Source: an uncultured Actinomycetes bacterium
GTDB taxonomy: Bacteria; Actinomycetota; Thermoleophilia; UBA2241
DNA length: 64,000 nucleotides
Direction: 5' to 3'
NCBI GenBank assembly: GCA_963709345.1
Contig: CAVPVX010000003.1
Span: 32,001 to 96,000, forward strand
Under the pieces are notes generated by a model that made no database searches, was not told the DNA's origin, and saw only the letters and a program-made list of their open reading frames with translations. Positions 51,512 to 60,994 of the stretch are shown here, in pieces. The position numbers were made by a program, and so were the translations under genes. The stretch's first letter is position 1; every line of letters begins with the position of its first letter.

Positions 51512-52987
51512 CTACAGCCCGAGCATTCGGCGTGGATCGGGATACTCTGCGACGCCCATGTCCGCGGCGCAACAGCCGATCAGCTCGCAGAGCGCGGCGA
51601 GCACGTCGTCGGGCAATCCCACCGGCTCGCGGTCGAGTAGCTCGGCCACTTTGTCGGAGGCGAGGTCGACCAGGCCGATACGCCCCGACGCGACCCAGTC
51701 GTTCAGACCTCCGCGGTAACTCAGCAGCGGGCTCACGAACTCGCTCCGGATGTAGCGCCGCGTGTGCTTCGTGCCGAGGAACCCGCGGCCGGACAGCACG
51801 CCGTCGACCATCGCGTCCACATCCAGCGCATCGACATCCCAAGGCCGCTGGGAGAGCGCGTACAGTGCGTTGTTCAAGACCTCGTCGTCGACGACCAGCA
51901 CCTCCAGACAGCTGGCGACCCCTGCCTGGATCTCGCCGATGCCGGACAGGAGGCGCGGCCTGGCCGACAGCCCGAGCAGAGCGTTGACGATGCGCTCGTA
52001 GCCGAACTGCGCGTCGATGACCTTGCTGTCGCTGCACGGTCCGTAGCAGTCGCAAGCGAGACCGTAGCGGCGCGCCAGCAGAACGGCGGCAACGGAGGCG
52101 ACGCCGGTCTCCGGCGTGCCGCTGACGACGACGCCGCTGCGTGGGTCGACGGCGCTGAGCCGCGGACCGTAGTAGACCGGGGTGCCCGGCGCCGCGGCCT
52201 GCGCCAGCACCACGCCGGCGAGGACCTCGGCGTTCTGCTGGGCGATCGCCGCGGAGAGGGCGCCCGGCGCCGTCGTCGCGGCGGCGGGACACGGCAGGAT
52301 CTCGACGGCCACGCCGCCGCGCCGCACCTGCTCGACGAGCGCGTCGGAGACGTCGCCGCCGAGGATCAGGGGGCTGACGGGGGAGAAGGCCAGGTCGATG
52401 GGATACGTGCCGCCCGAGCCGTCGGCGCCGGTGACGGCCTGCGCCATCTCCTGCAGGTACAGCGCCTGCAGCGGATACGAGATCCCGGGCCCGCCGATCG
52501 CCTTGTCGGTCTCGTACGAGAGGACGAGATACGAATACAGCGGCTCGAGCAGGTCGGGCACGTCCTCCGGTTGCCAGAGGGAGGTCACCTGCTGCTGATG
52601 CTGCAGGTGGTGCATGATCCGGGTGGCCAGCACCTGGTCGCGCATGGTCGCCCGGCGGCCGACGCCGGTGCGCGGGTCCGCCACATCGCGGGCGCCGCCG
52701 AGGTTGTGCACGTAGGTCGCGCCGGGATCGGGGTCCATCGCCAGCGAACGCGCGCCGTCGCGCGCCGCGAGAGTGTAGGCGCGAGGGCAGGCGGCAACGG
52801 CCTCCTCGACGACCTCCCGCGGGATGCTCAGACGGTCCGATCCGGCCGGCGTGCAGCCGGCCGCCGCCAATACCCCGGCGGCGACCGGCGACTCGACGCG
52901 CACCCCGGCTCGCTCCAACAGCGCGAGCGACGCCAGGTGCATGGCCTCGATGGCCTCCTCCGGCCAGATCCCGATGGGATCATCCAT
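51512..52987 (-). CDS. Trimethylamine methyltransferase (MttB/MtgB) superfamily protein, non-pyrrolysine
   Basis: ASL.LLE..GV, SPVSPL, ATTAPGAL..AIAQQNAEVLAG, DSKVIDAQFGYE and FLGTKHT; no in-frame TAG. Confidence 0.9.
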   Translation of the reverse strand: MDDPIGIWPEEAIEAMHLASLALLERAGVRVESPVAAGVLAAAGCTPAGSDRLSIPREVVEEAVAACPRAYTLAARDGARSLAMDPDPGATYVHNLGGARDVADPRTGVGRRATMRDQVLATRIMHHLQHQQQVTSLWQPEDVPDLLEPLYSYLVLSYETDKAIGGPGISYPLQALYLQEMAQAVTGADGSGGTYPIDLAFSPVSPLILGGDVSDALVEQVRRGGVAVEILPCPAAATTAPGALSAAIAQQNAEVLAGVVLAQAAAPGTPVYYGPRLSAVDPRSGVVVSGTPETGVASVAAVLLARRYGLACDCYGPCSDSKVIDAQFGYERIVNALLGLSARPRLLSGIGEIQAGVASCLEVLVVDDEVLNNALYALSQRPWDVDALDVDAMVDGVLSGRGFLGTKHTRRYIRSEFVSPLLSYRGGLNDWVASGRIGLVDLASDKVAELLDREPVGLPDDVLAALCELIGCCAADMGVAEYPDPRRMLGL

Positions 52988-53019
52988 GCGCCATCATCCC
53001 CCCCGCTGCGTGCCGGCCG

Positions 53020-54810
53020 TCATTCGTCTTCGACGGCTTTCGGCCGACGCCTGATCAGGACGAAGGCGATGACGGCGACGACAACGACGGCGAGGACGAG
53101 GATCCAGATCCAGGTCGAACTACCGGCCGCCTCGGTCTCCGCAACCTCGGCGGGTGTCAGGTCGATGTACGTCGACCGCATGTAGTTCCAGAACGGCGCG
53201 CCGTCCGCGCCGGGGACCTGGTGGTAGCCGGTCCACTTGTCGGTGCGGAACGCCTGCAGGTTCACGTTGTACCAGAGGACGATATACGGGTTGTCCCGGT
53301 ACAGGATCTTCTGCATCTCGTCGGTGACGACCTTGCGCATCGTCGGATCGTCCGGCTCCGCCGGATCCACGGCCTCGGCCTGCTCCACGTAGAGCGCGTC
53401 GTACTCGGGGTTCGAGTACTGGCTGTCGCCCCAGTTGAGGATCTGCTTGGTGGTGAAGGTGCTGAGCATGAACCCGGGGTCGATGTCGCCGCCCCAGCTC
53501 CAGATGAACATGTCGTAGTCGGCGTTGTCGTAGACCTCGTCGCCGAACGCGCCCTCGTCCTTCTGCTCCAGCTTGAGCTTGATGCCGACGTCGTCGCACC
53601 AACTGACGATCATCTTGCCGGCCGCCTGGTCCTCCGGATACTCGTTGAGCACCACGAAGCGGAACTCGAGCTTGTCGCCCTTCGCGTTCTCGCGCACGCC
53701 GTCGCCGTCGGTGTCGGTGTAGCCGGCGTCCTCGAGGATCTGCTTGGCCTTCTCGGGATCGTAGCTGTACTGCTCGGCCTCGGGGACCTCCCAGTGCCAG
53801 TCGCCCTGTGCGGGAGAGATCACCGAAGTGCCGGGGACGGCCTGGCCGGCCATCGAGGTCGCGTTCAGCGACTCCTTGTCGATCGCCCAATGCACCGCCT
53901 GGCGGATGGCGACGTCGCGCAGCAGGGGGTTACCCTTGCTCTTCGCGCTGTCCCAGCAGTTGAAGGCGAGCTCGTGGAAGCCGACCGCCGAAGACGCGAC
54001 GGCTGTGGTGCCCGGAAGCTCCGCGAGGATCTTCTCGTACGTCGCCGGGAACTCGACGATCGCGTCGAGGTTGCCGGCCTTGTAGTCCTCGATCATCGAG
54101 TCGGTGTTCTGGCTGATGATGTAGTAGATCTCCGCGATGGTCGGCGCCCCGCCGAGCTCAGCCGGGTAGTCCGGGTTCGCCTCGAGCTTCACCCACTTGC
54201 TCTTCTTGAGCTCGGCGACCTTGAAGGGCCCGGAGCCGACGAACGGCGAGTTCTTGAAGTTGTCGAGGTTCTCGGGGTCGGCCTTCTTCCAGATGTGCTC
54301 GGGGAGGATCGGGATGTAGAGAGCGAGCATGCCCGCATTGGGCTTGCGCGTCTCGATCACGAGCGTCGTCGCATCGGGAGCCGTCACGCTGGTGACGCCG
54401 GTGAGGTACTGGATGTAGGCCCAGTGCTCGGTGTCCAGGATCAGGTTGTAAGTGAAGGCGATGTCGGCGGCGGTGAGCGGCTTGCCGTCGTGCCAGGTCA
54501 TGCCCTCACGGATGGTGAACGTCCAGGTCAGACCGTCGGGCGACGTCTCCCAACTTGTGGCGAGATCGGGCGTCGGCAGGTAGTCCTCGTCATACCAGGT
54601 GAGGAAGTTGTAGCCGAGCCGGAAGGACTCCCAGGAGATGCTGCTCCACGAGCTGAAGGGGCTCATCCCGTCGTAGTCCTGGTTGATGCCGATCCTGTAG
54701 GTGAGCGGTTCGGCGGCCGGTGACGGTGACGCGGCGGCCGGCCCCGCGGCAAGCGCGAACAGGCACAGCGCCGCAGCGCTGATCTTCGCCGTGGTGAACC
54801 AGCGTCTCAT
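53020..54810 (-). CDS. Peptide/nickel ABC transporter substrate-binding protein (family 5) with C-terminal membrane anchor
   Basis: PDLATSWETSPDGLTWTF.IREG.TWHDG.PLTA.D..FT, GSGPF and IRQA...AID; signal peptide; C-terminal TM followed by RRR. Confidence 0.92.
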   Translation of the reverse strand: MRRWFTTAKISAAALCLFALAAGPAAASPSPAAEPLTYRIGINQDYDGMSPFSSWSSISWESFRLGYNFLTWYDEDYLPTPDLATSWETSPDGLTWTFTIREGMTWHDGKPLTAADIAFTYNLILDTEHWAYIQYLTGVTSVTAPDATTLVIETRKPNAGMLALYIPILPEHIWKKADPENLDNFKNSPFVGSGPFKVAELKKSKWVKLEANPDYPAELGGAPTIAEIYYIISQNTDSMIEDYKAGNLDAIVEFPATYEKILAELPGTTAVASSAVGFHELAFNCWDSAKSKGNPLLRDVAIRQAVHWAIDKESLNATSMAGQAVPGTSVISPAQGDWHWEVPEAEQYSYDPEKAKQILEDAGYTDTDGDGVRENAKGDKLEFRFVVLNEYPEDQAAGKMIVSWCDDVGIKLKLEQKDEGAFGDEVYDNADYDMFIWSWGGDIDPGFMLSTFTTKQILNWGDSQYSNPEYDALYVEQAEAVDPAEPDDPTMRKVVTDEMQKILYRDNPYIVLWYNVNLQAFRTDKWTGYHQVPGADGAPFWNYMRSTYIDLTPAEVAETEAAGSSTWIWILVLAVVVVAVIAFVLIRRRPKAVEDE

Positions 54811-54857
54811 GTGGGGCTCCTTGTCATGTGCTCCACGCCCGCTCCCCGCGGGCGTCC

Positions 54858-55943
54858 CTACTTGATCCGGATGCAGGCGGCGTAGTGGTCGCCGCCGATG
54901 TGCACGTCCGGTGGGTCGATCTCCTTGCAGGCGTCGATCGCCTCGGGGCACCGCGGGTGAAAGCGGCAGCCGGAGGGGATGTCCACCGGGTTCGGGGTCT
55001 CGCCCTTAAGGATCACGTGCTCGCGCTTCGCGAGCGGGTCCGGCACCGGGATCACGCTGATCAGGGCCTTCGTGTACGGGTGCCGGGGGTTGGCCACGAC
55101 CTCCTCGGTCTCGCCGATCTCGACGATGCGGCCCAGGTACATGACCGCGATGCGGTCGCTGATCACCCAGGCCAGCGAGAGGTCGTGGGTGATGAAGATG
55201 TAGGTGACGCCGAGCTTCTCCTTCTCCTCGACCATCAGCTTGAGGATGTCGTTACGGATCGAGACGTCGAGGCTGGCGACCGGCTCGTCGGCGACGATCA
55301 TGTCCGGCTCGAGCACCGTGGCGCCGGCGATGCAGACACGCTGCCTCTGGCCGCCGGAGAGCTCGTGCGGGTAGCGATAGAGGTACTCCGTGGCCGGCCG
55401 CAGCCCGGCCTCGCTGATGGCCTTGACGACGCGCTCTTCCTTCTCGCGTTCGCTCGAGCAGACGTTGTTGACTTCGAGCGGCTCGGCGACGATGTCGAAG
55501 ATCGTCTGCTTGGGATTGATCGAGTTGTAGGGGTCCTGGAAGATGATCTGCGCCTTCTTGCGGTACGCGCGCAGCGTGCGGGAGCCGAATCTCTCGACCG
55601 GCAGCCCCTTGTAGAGGATGTGGCCGCCGGTCGCCTCTTCGAGGCGCAGGAGCGCGCGACCGGTGGTCGTCTTGCCGCAGCCCGATTCGCCGACCAGGGC
55701 GAGGATCTCGCCCTGCAGGACCTGGAAGCTGATGTGGTCGACCGCCTTGACGTACTTCTTCTCTGTCGCGACCATGCTCTTGAAGAAGCCCCGCTGGATC
55801 GGGAAGTAGACCTCGAGGTCCTTGACGTCGTACAGGACGCCGTCGGTGGTCGTCGCCGACGCCAGGTCGCCGCTGTCGACGCTGCCCTTGACGTAGGTGT
55901 CCTTGGGGTCGGCGCTGGTCGCCGGGTCGGTGGCCATCGTCAC
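54858..55943 (-). CDS. Oligopeptide ABC transporter ATPase (OppF/DppF-like)
   Basis: [29 protein letters not shown] and GCRFHPRC. Confidence 0.93.
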   Translation of the reverse strand: MTMATDPATSADPKDTYVKGSVDSGDLASATTTDGVLYDVKDLEVYFPIQRGFFKSMVATEKKYVKAVDHISFQVLQGEILALVGESGCGKTTTGRALLRLEEATGGHILYKGLPVERFGSRTLRAYRKKAQIIFQDPYNSINPKQTIFDIVAEPLEVNNVCSSEREKEERVVKAISEAGLRPATEYLYRYPHELSGGQRQRVCIAGATVLEPDMIVADEPVASLDVSIRNDILKLMVEEKEKLGVTYIFITHDLSLAWVISDRIAVMYLGRIVEIGETEEVVANPRHPYTKALISVIPVPDPLAKREHVILKGETPNPVDIPSGCRFHPRCPEAIDACKEIDPPDVHIGGDHYAACIRIK

Positions 55944-56971
55944 ACCCCCTTCCCGGCGTGGACGCAGCGAACGAAATGACCGCGCTCGACCTCGACGAGG
56001 CCGGGGTGGTCGGTCTCGCAGCTGGCGACCTTGTCGTCGCAGCGCGGGCAGAAGCCGCAGCCCGCCGGCGGATCCACGAGGTTCGGCGGGTCGCCCTTGA
56101 TCGAGCTGACCATCTCCCGCTTCTCGTGGATATTGGGGAACGCCTTGATGAGCTGGCGTGTGTACGGGTGCGTGGCGTGGTTGAAGATGTCGGCGGTGCT
56201 GCCGCTCTCGACCACCTCGCCGGCATACATGACGACGCCCTTGTCGCAGGTCTCGGCCATCACCGAGAGATCGTGGCTGATGAGGATGAACGAGAGGTCG
56301 AGCTCTTTGCGCAGACGCGCGATGAGCTCGAGGATCTGCGCCTGCACCATGACGTCGAGCGCGGTCGTCGGCTCGTCGCCGATGATCAGCTTGGGGTTGC
56401 AGGCCAGCGCCATGGCGATCATGGCGCGCTGGCGCATCCCGCCCGAGAGCTGGTGTGGGAAGTCCATGACGCGCTTCTGGCTGATGCCGACGAGGTCGTA
56501 CAGTTCCTTGACGCGGACCATCGCCTTGCCCTCGGAGAGGCCCTCGTGCAGCTGGATGGGCTCGGCGATCTGCTTGCCGGTCTCCGTGACCGGGTTGAGC
56601 GCGTTCATCGCCCCCTGGAAGATGATGCTGATCTCCTTCCAGCGGATCTTGCTCATGCCGTACTCGGTGCGCTTGGCGAGGTTCTTGCCGTCGAACAGGA
56701 CGTCGCCGGAGACGATGCGCCCGTTCTCGGGCAGCAGCTTGAGGATCGAGAGGGCCGCGGTCGTCTTGCCGCAGCCGGACTCGCCGGCGAGGCCGAGGCT
56801 CTCACCCGGAGCGAGCGTGAAGCTCACGTCCTGCACCGCCTTGACGTCGCCCACGCCGAGCCTGAAGTAGGTCGTGAGACCGCGCACGTCGAGCAAGCCC
56901 TCGTGCTCGATGCGCTCGATGGTCGTCTTCTCGGGGGCGGCGCTGGCCTTCTTGGTGGCCGTCCTGCTCAT
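55940..56971 (-). CDS. Oligopeptide ABC transporter ATPase (OppD/DppD-like)
   Basis: [36 protein letters not shown] and HPYT. Confidence 0.93.
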   Translation of the reverse strand: MSRTATKKASAAPEKTTIERIEHEGLLDVRGLTTYFRLGVGDVKAVQDVSFTLAPGESLGLAGESGCGKTTAALSILKLLPENGRIVSGDVLFDGKNLAKRTEYGMSKIRWKEISIIFQGAMNALNPVTETGKQIAEPIQLHEGLSEGKAMVRVKELYDLVGISQKRVMDFPHQLSGGMRQRAMIAMALACNPKLIIGDEPTTALDVMVQAQILELIARLRKELDLSFILISHDLSVMAETCDKGVVMYAGEVVESGSTADIFNHATHPYTRQLIKAFPNIHEKREMVSSIKGDPPNLVDPPAGCGFCPRCDDKVASCETDHPGLVEVERGHFVRCVHAGKGV

Positions 56972-58560
56972 CACTCGCCCCTTTTCTCGTCGTCTTCGAA
57001 CCTGCCGCCGACCCAGCCGCCGCTCTCCGGACTGCCGATAGAGCCGCCCGCAGGCTTGTTGAAGTCGGGCATGGCGTCGTCTGTCTGCTGGCCCGGCGTG
57101 AAGACGCCGGCGCCGCCGCCCAAACCGGCACCGCCGGCGACTGCTACGACCGGCTCGCCGCCTGAGGTGAAACGACTCTCGGAGACGCTGTCCTCGCGCT
57201 TGCGCAGCTTGGGATCGAGCACCTCGTCGTACGCCGTCCCGATGAAGGTGAAGGCGAGCACGACGAAGATGATCGCGATGCCGGGCGGAAGCAGGTACCA
57301 CCAGGCCGGCAGGCCGGCGGCGCCGTTGACCCAGGCGTAGTGGAGCATCGTGCCCCAGCTGAAGTTGAGAGGATCGCCGAGACCGAGGAACGAGAGCGTG
57401 GTCTCGGAGAGGATGGCGATGGCCACCACCAGAACGAGGTTGGCGAAGATCAGCGGCATCACATTGGGCAGGACGTGCTTGCCCATGATGTGACGGTTGC
57501 TCGAGCCGATCGCCTTGGCGCGCTCGATGAACTGCAACTCGCGCACGCGCAGCACGTCGGAGCGGACCACGCGGGCAGTACCGGGCCAGCTGGTGATGCC
57601 GATGATGAGGATGATCATCCAGTAGTTCTGGCCCCAAGCGGCGGCCAGCACCATGGCCAGCGGCAACCACGGGATGACGAGGAAGGCGTCGGTGAGCCGC
57701 ATCCAGCCTTCGCCCTGCCAGCCCCCATAGAAGCCTGCGGCGATGCCGATGCCGGCGCCGAGGACGGTGGACATGAAGGCCGCCAGGAGACCGACCATAA
57801 GCGAGATGCGCGCGCTCCATATGAACTGGGCGAGGACGCTCTGCCCCACCTGGTCGGTGCCGAACCAGTTGTAGTAGTCCCAGGTGGGTGGGTGGTAGGC
57901 GAGCAACAGCTCGCCTGTGTCGGGGTCGCTGATCTGCGCGTTGGGGTCGAGCAGCGCGTGGTCGGCGAGGAAAGGCGCCAGCAACGCGATCGCGAGGAAG
58001 ACGATGAGGATCCCCAAACCGACCATCCCCTGCCAGTTGCGCCGGTAGAGGGTCCAGACCTGATGAGTGTTCCAGGTGGTCAGCGCCGCACGCTCGGGAT
58101 TGCCCGCCGCCCAGTACCAGGCGCAGGCGCCGCCGAGAAGGACCGCCACTGTCTGCACGAGCCAGTTGTACGAGAACCCGTTGGCGCCCGCCGACCAGCC
58201 GTCGACGCCGCGGCCCGCGAGGAATGCCCAGAGGAAGAGCACGACCGACTCCACCACGAGCAGCAGGTTGAAGATCTTGGCCTTGGTCCGGCGCACGAGC
58301 CCGGCGACGCCGGCGGCGAGGCAGATGATGCCGAGCAGCACCATGACCCACGCGGGATACGCCCCGACCGTGGGCGAGAAGAACGCGCCCACGACCTCCG
58401 AGAAGCCGGACGTGATGGGAACGTCCTTCGGGTAGGTGAGCAGCTCGAGGACGATCCACGCGACGGCCGTCCAGAAAAGGATCCAGTTCCTGAAGCGACG
58501 GGGCACGAGGGGTGCTGCTGTGGTGCCCCGCTCGATGGCGTTGGTACCGGGGGCGTTCAT
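56971..58560 (-). CDS. Oligopeptide ABC transporter permease (OppC-like) with N-terminal membrane extension
   Basis: FGTDQVG, ARISL, FIERAKAIG, HVLPN, LSFLGLG and WG.ML. Confidence 0.9.
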   Translation of the reverse strand: MNAPGTNAIERGTTAAPLVPRRFRNWILFWTAVAWIVLELLTYPKDVPITSGFSEVVGAFFSPTVGAYPAWVMVLLGIICLAAGVAGLVRRTKAKIFNLLLVVESVVLFLWAFLAGRGVDGWSAGANGFSYNWLVQTVAVLLGGACAWYWAAGNPERAALTTWNTHQVWTLYRRNWQGMVGLGILIVFLAIALLAPFLADHALLDPNAQISDPDTGELLLAYHPPTWDYYNWFGTDQVGQSVLAQFIWSARISLMVGLLAAFMSTVLGAGIGIAAGFYGGWQGEGWMRLTDAFLVIPWLPLAMVLAAAWGQNYWMIILIIGITSWPGTARVVRSDVLRVRELQFIERAKAIGSSNRHIMGKHVLPNVMPLIFANLVLVVAIAILSETTLSFLGLGDPLNFSWGTMLHYAWVNGAAGLPAWWYLLPPGIAIIFVVLAFTFIGTAYDEVLDPKLRKREDSVSESRFTSGGEPVVAVAGGAGLGGGAGVFTPGQQTDDAMPDFNKPAGGSIGSPESGGWVGGRFEDDEKRGE

Positions 58561-59543
58561 GCGTGCACCCGTGGGTCGAGGTAGTAGTACGTGATGTCGG
58601 CGATGAGATTGGCGACGATCACCGCGATGCTCGCGATCAGGAACACGGCCTGCATGACTGGGTAGTCGCGCTTCTGCATCGAGTCGAAGGAGAGCAGCCC
58701 AAGCCCGGGCCAGTTGAACACACTCTCCGCGAGGATGGCCCCGGACATCACGAAGCCGAGGTTCATCATCACGATGGTGACCGTGGGCAGCATCGCGTTG
58801 GGCACCACGTGGCGCCACAGCACCTTGTTCTCGCTCAGCCCTTTGGCCCGCGCCGTGAGAGTGAAGTCCTCCTTCATCACGCCGGTGATGGAGCTGCGCA
58901 TGATGAGGTGGTACTCACCGACATACGCGATCGCGAAGGTGAACGCCGGGAGGAAGAGGTGCTTGAGCAGCGACTGGATGTACGCGAACCCGCTCAGTTC
59001 GACGCCGGGCTCCTCCATGCGCCCCGTCGGGAACCAGCGCAGCTTGGTGGCGAAGAGCATGATCATGAGAAGGCCGAACCAGAAGGTGGGCATGGCGTAG
59101 AGCACCATCCCTAAGTTCGTGGTCACGACGTCGTAGGTGCCGTTTCTTCGCCATCCGGCGAAGACGCCCGTGATCATGCCCACCACGGTAGCGAAGATGG
59201 TCCCGACCCCGACCAGAAGCACCGTGGGCCAGATGCGCTCAGCCACCACCTCGGTGACGGGGCGCTTCTCGGAGAAGGACATGCCGAACTCGCCCTTCGC
59301 CGTGTCGCGCCAGTAGTAGATGAACTGCTGCCACATGGGCTTGTCGAGGTTGAACGTCTTGCGCTGCTTCTCGATCACCGAGGGGTCCGTCTTCCCCTTG
59401 GGGAGGAGGAGCCGGGCCGGGTCGCCCGGGAGGATCCGGAAGAGCGCGAAGTTGAACGACGCCACGAGGATGATCGTCAGAACCGCGTTCGCGATCTTTC
59501 GCAGGAAGTACCGTCGTTTGTCCACTGCACTGCGGACCGCCAC
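58557..59543 (-). CDS. Oligopeptide ABC transporter permease (OppB-like)
   Basis: LPGDPA, PTFW, TARAKGL, ESVFNWPGLG, DYP and DPRV; possible upstream CTG start at 59567. Confidence 0.93.
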   Translation of the reverse strand: MAVRSAVDKRRYFLRKIANAVLTIILVASFNFALFRILPGDPARLLLPKGKTDPSVIEKQRKTFNLDKPMWQQFIYYWRDTAKGEFGMSFSEKRPVTEVVAERIWPTVLLVGVGTIFATVVGMITGVFAGWRRNGTYDVVTTNLGMVLYAMPTFWFGLLMIMLFATKLRWFPTGRMEEPGVELSGFAYIQSLLKHLFLPAFTFAIAYVGEYHLIMRSSITGVMKEDFTLTARAKGLSENKVLWRHVVPNAMLPTVTIVMMNLGFVMSGAILAESVFNWPGLGLLSFDSMQKRDYPVMQAVFLIASIAVIVANLIADITYYYLDPRVHA

Positions 59544-59794
59544 GCGCCCGGCCCCGAGCGGCGACAGGTCCTTGCCTCCTTCTCACTTCCGCGTTTGCCG
59601 AACCCCGGACACGTGCTGTTCCGCCTCACACGATGACGTGGAGGGCGTCATCGAGGTTAGACGCAGCCGGAGTGCCGATCCGTCGGCGGTACGGCCGCAC
59701 CGTCGGCGGACGTGCCGCCGGACGAGTACTACGCCGGCGTCGAGCCTCCCTCGGCGCACCGGCCCCCCTCCACTACACCCCGGCCGGCGCCGCA

Positions 59795-59823
59795 ATCGTA
59801 ATCGCCATCAGCGAGGGCGGCAA
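59795..59823 (-). promoter_or_regulatory. Sigma70-type promoter of the opp-mttB operon (TTGCCG-17-TACGAT)
   Basis: Hexamers with exact 17-nt spacer on the minus strand. Confidence 0.65.
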
Positions 59824-59873
59824 GGGAGACGAAGCTCTCGGAGACCCGAGCGCGGATAGGACCGGCGCCGGAG

Positions 59874-60990
59874 CTATGCCCCGCCGGGCAGCCGCGCGTC
59901 GCGGCCGTACCGGCGCAGGGTCTCGACCAAGCGGTCGATCGGCAGAGCGTAGGCCACGTTACCGTCGCGACCTACGGTCGTGTGCGCGGCGGTAAGCGCG
60001 TTGAACACACTCTCGGCGGTGGCGTCGACGGCGGCCTCGAAGAGCTCGTGCATCTGGTCGTTGGCGACCGTCGTGATCTCCAGCGGAGCGTCGGCGACAC
60101 GGGGCACGCGATGAGCCGTCGTGAAGGCGACCATGATCTCACCGCTGCCGTCGGAGGCGTAGGAGCCGGTCACCGCGAGTCCCAGCGCGCACCGCTTCGC
60201 CATGCGCTCGCACTGGCGCGCGCTCAGCGGCGCATCCGTCGCCAGCACGACGATGCAGGATCCTTCGCGATGGTCGACCGGCATCAGGTCGGCGATCTCG
60301 ACGCCGACGGGGACGCCCGCCACCGACAAACGATGCCGCGTCCCGAAGTTCGTGAGTGCGAGGACACCGACCGTGTACGACGCGCCGTGCGCGACGGCGG
60401 CGCGCGACGAGGTGCCGATGCCCGCCTTGAAGTCGAAGCACGACATGCCGGTACCGGCCCCGACGCAGCCTTCGGCGACGGGGCCGGCGGCGGCTCGCGT
60501 CCAGAGCGGCCCGCACATGCTCCTCACCGACGTGCATGCCGCGCAGATCGTTGAGCAGGCCGTCGTCGCATTCCCCGACCACCGGCATGACGGCGTCCTC
60601 GATGCCGGCCCGCGGCTCGCGGTCCATCATCCAGCGGACCGCGCCGTCGTAGACCGCGCCGGCGCTCTGCGAGTTCGTGAGCAGCACCGGCGTCTCGATG
60701 ACGCCCCACTCGCGAATGGCGCTGATGCCGATGACCTCGCCGACGCCGTTGGCGGCGAAGGCTCCTGCGACGACGCGCTCCTGCCAGAGGTCACCGGAGT
60801 GCGGGAAGACGGCGGTGACGCCTGTGCGGGCGGGCCCGCTGCCGTGCGGCAGATCGGGCGCGCCCCACGAGACGGTACACTGTCCGACGCGCACACCGGG
60901 CACGTCGGTGATGGCGTTCAGCGGGCCGGCCGGCAAAATGCCGATCGTGACGCCGAGGTCACGGAGACGACAACGCGCCGGCTCGCCCAT
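59874..60990 (-). CDS. P1/S58 family peptidase (DmpA L-aminopeptidase/D-esterase-like); apparent +1 frameshift at ~60495
   Basis: GPLNAITDVPGVRVG, RTGVT, PVVGECDDG.LND; then EGCVGAGTGM, FKAGIGTSSR, NFG, GSC and DGSGE in the second frame. Confidence 0.9.
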
Positions 60991-60994
60991 GCGC

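Noticed and set aside
51512-52987. Pyrrolysine recoding in the MttB homologue
   Set aside because: The ORF is continuous with no internal TAG, and no pyl genes or tRNA-Pyl are in the window.
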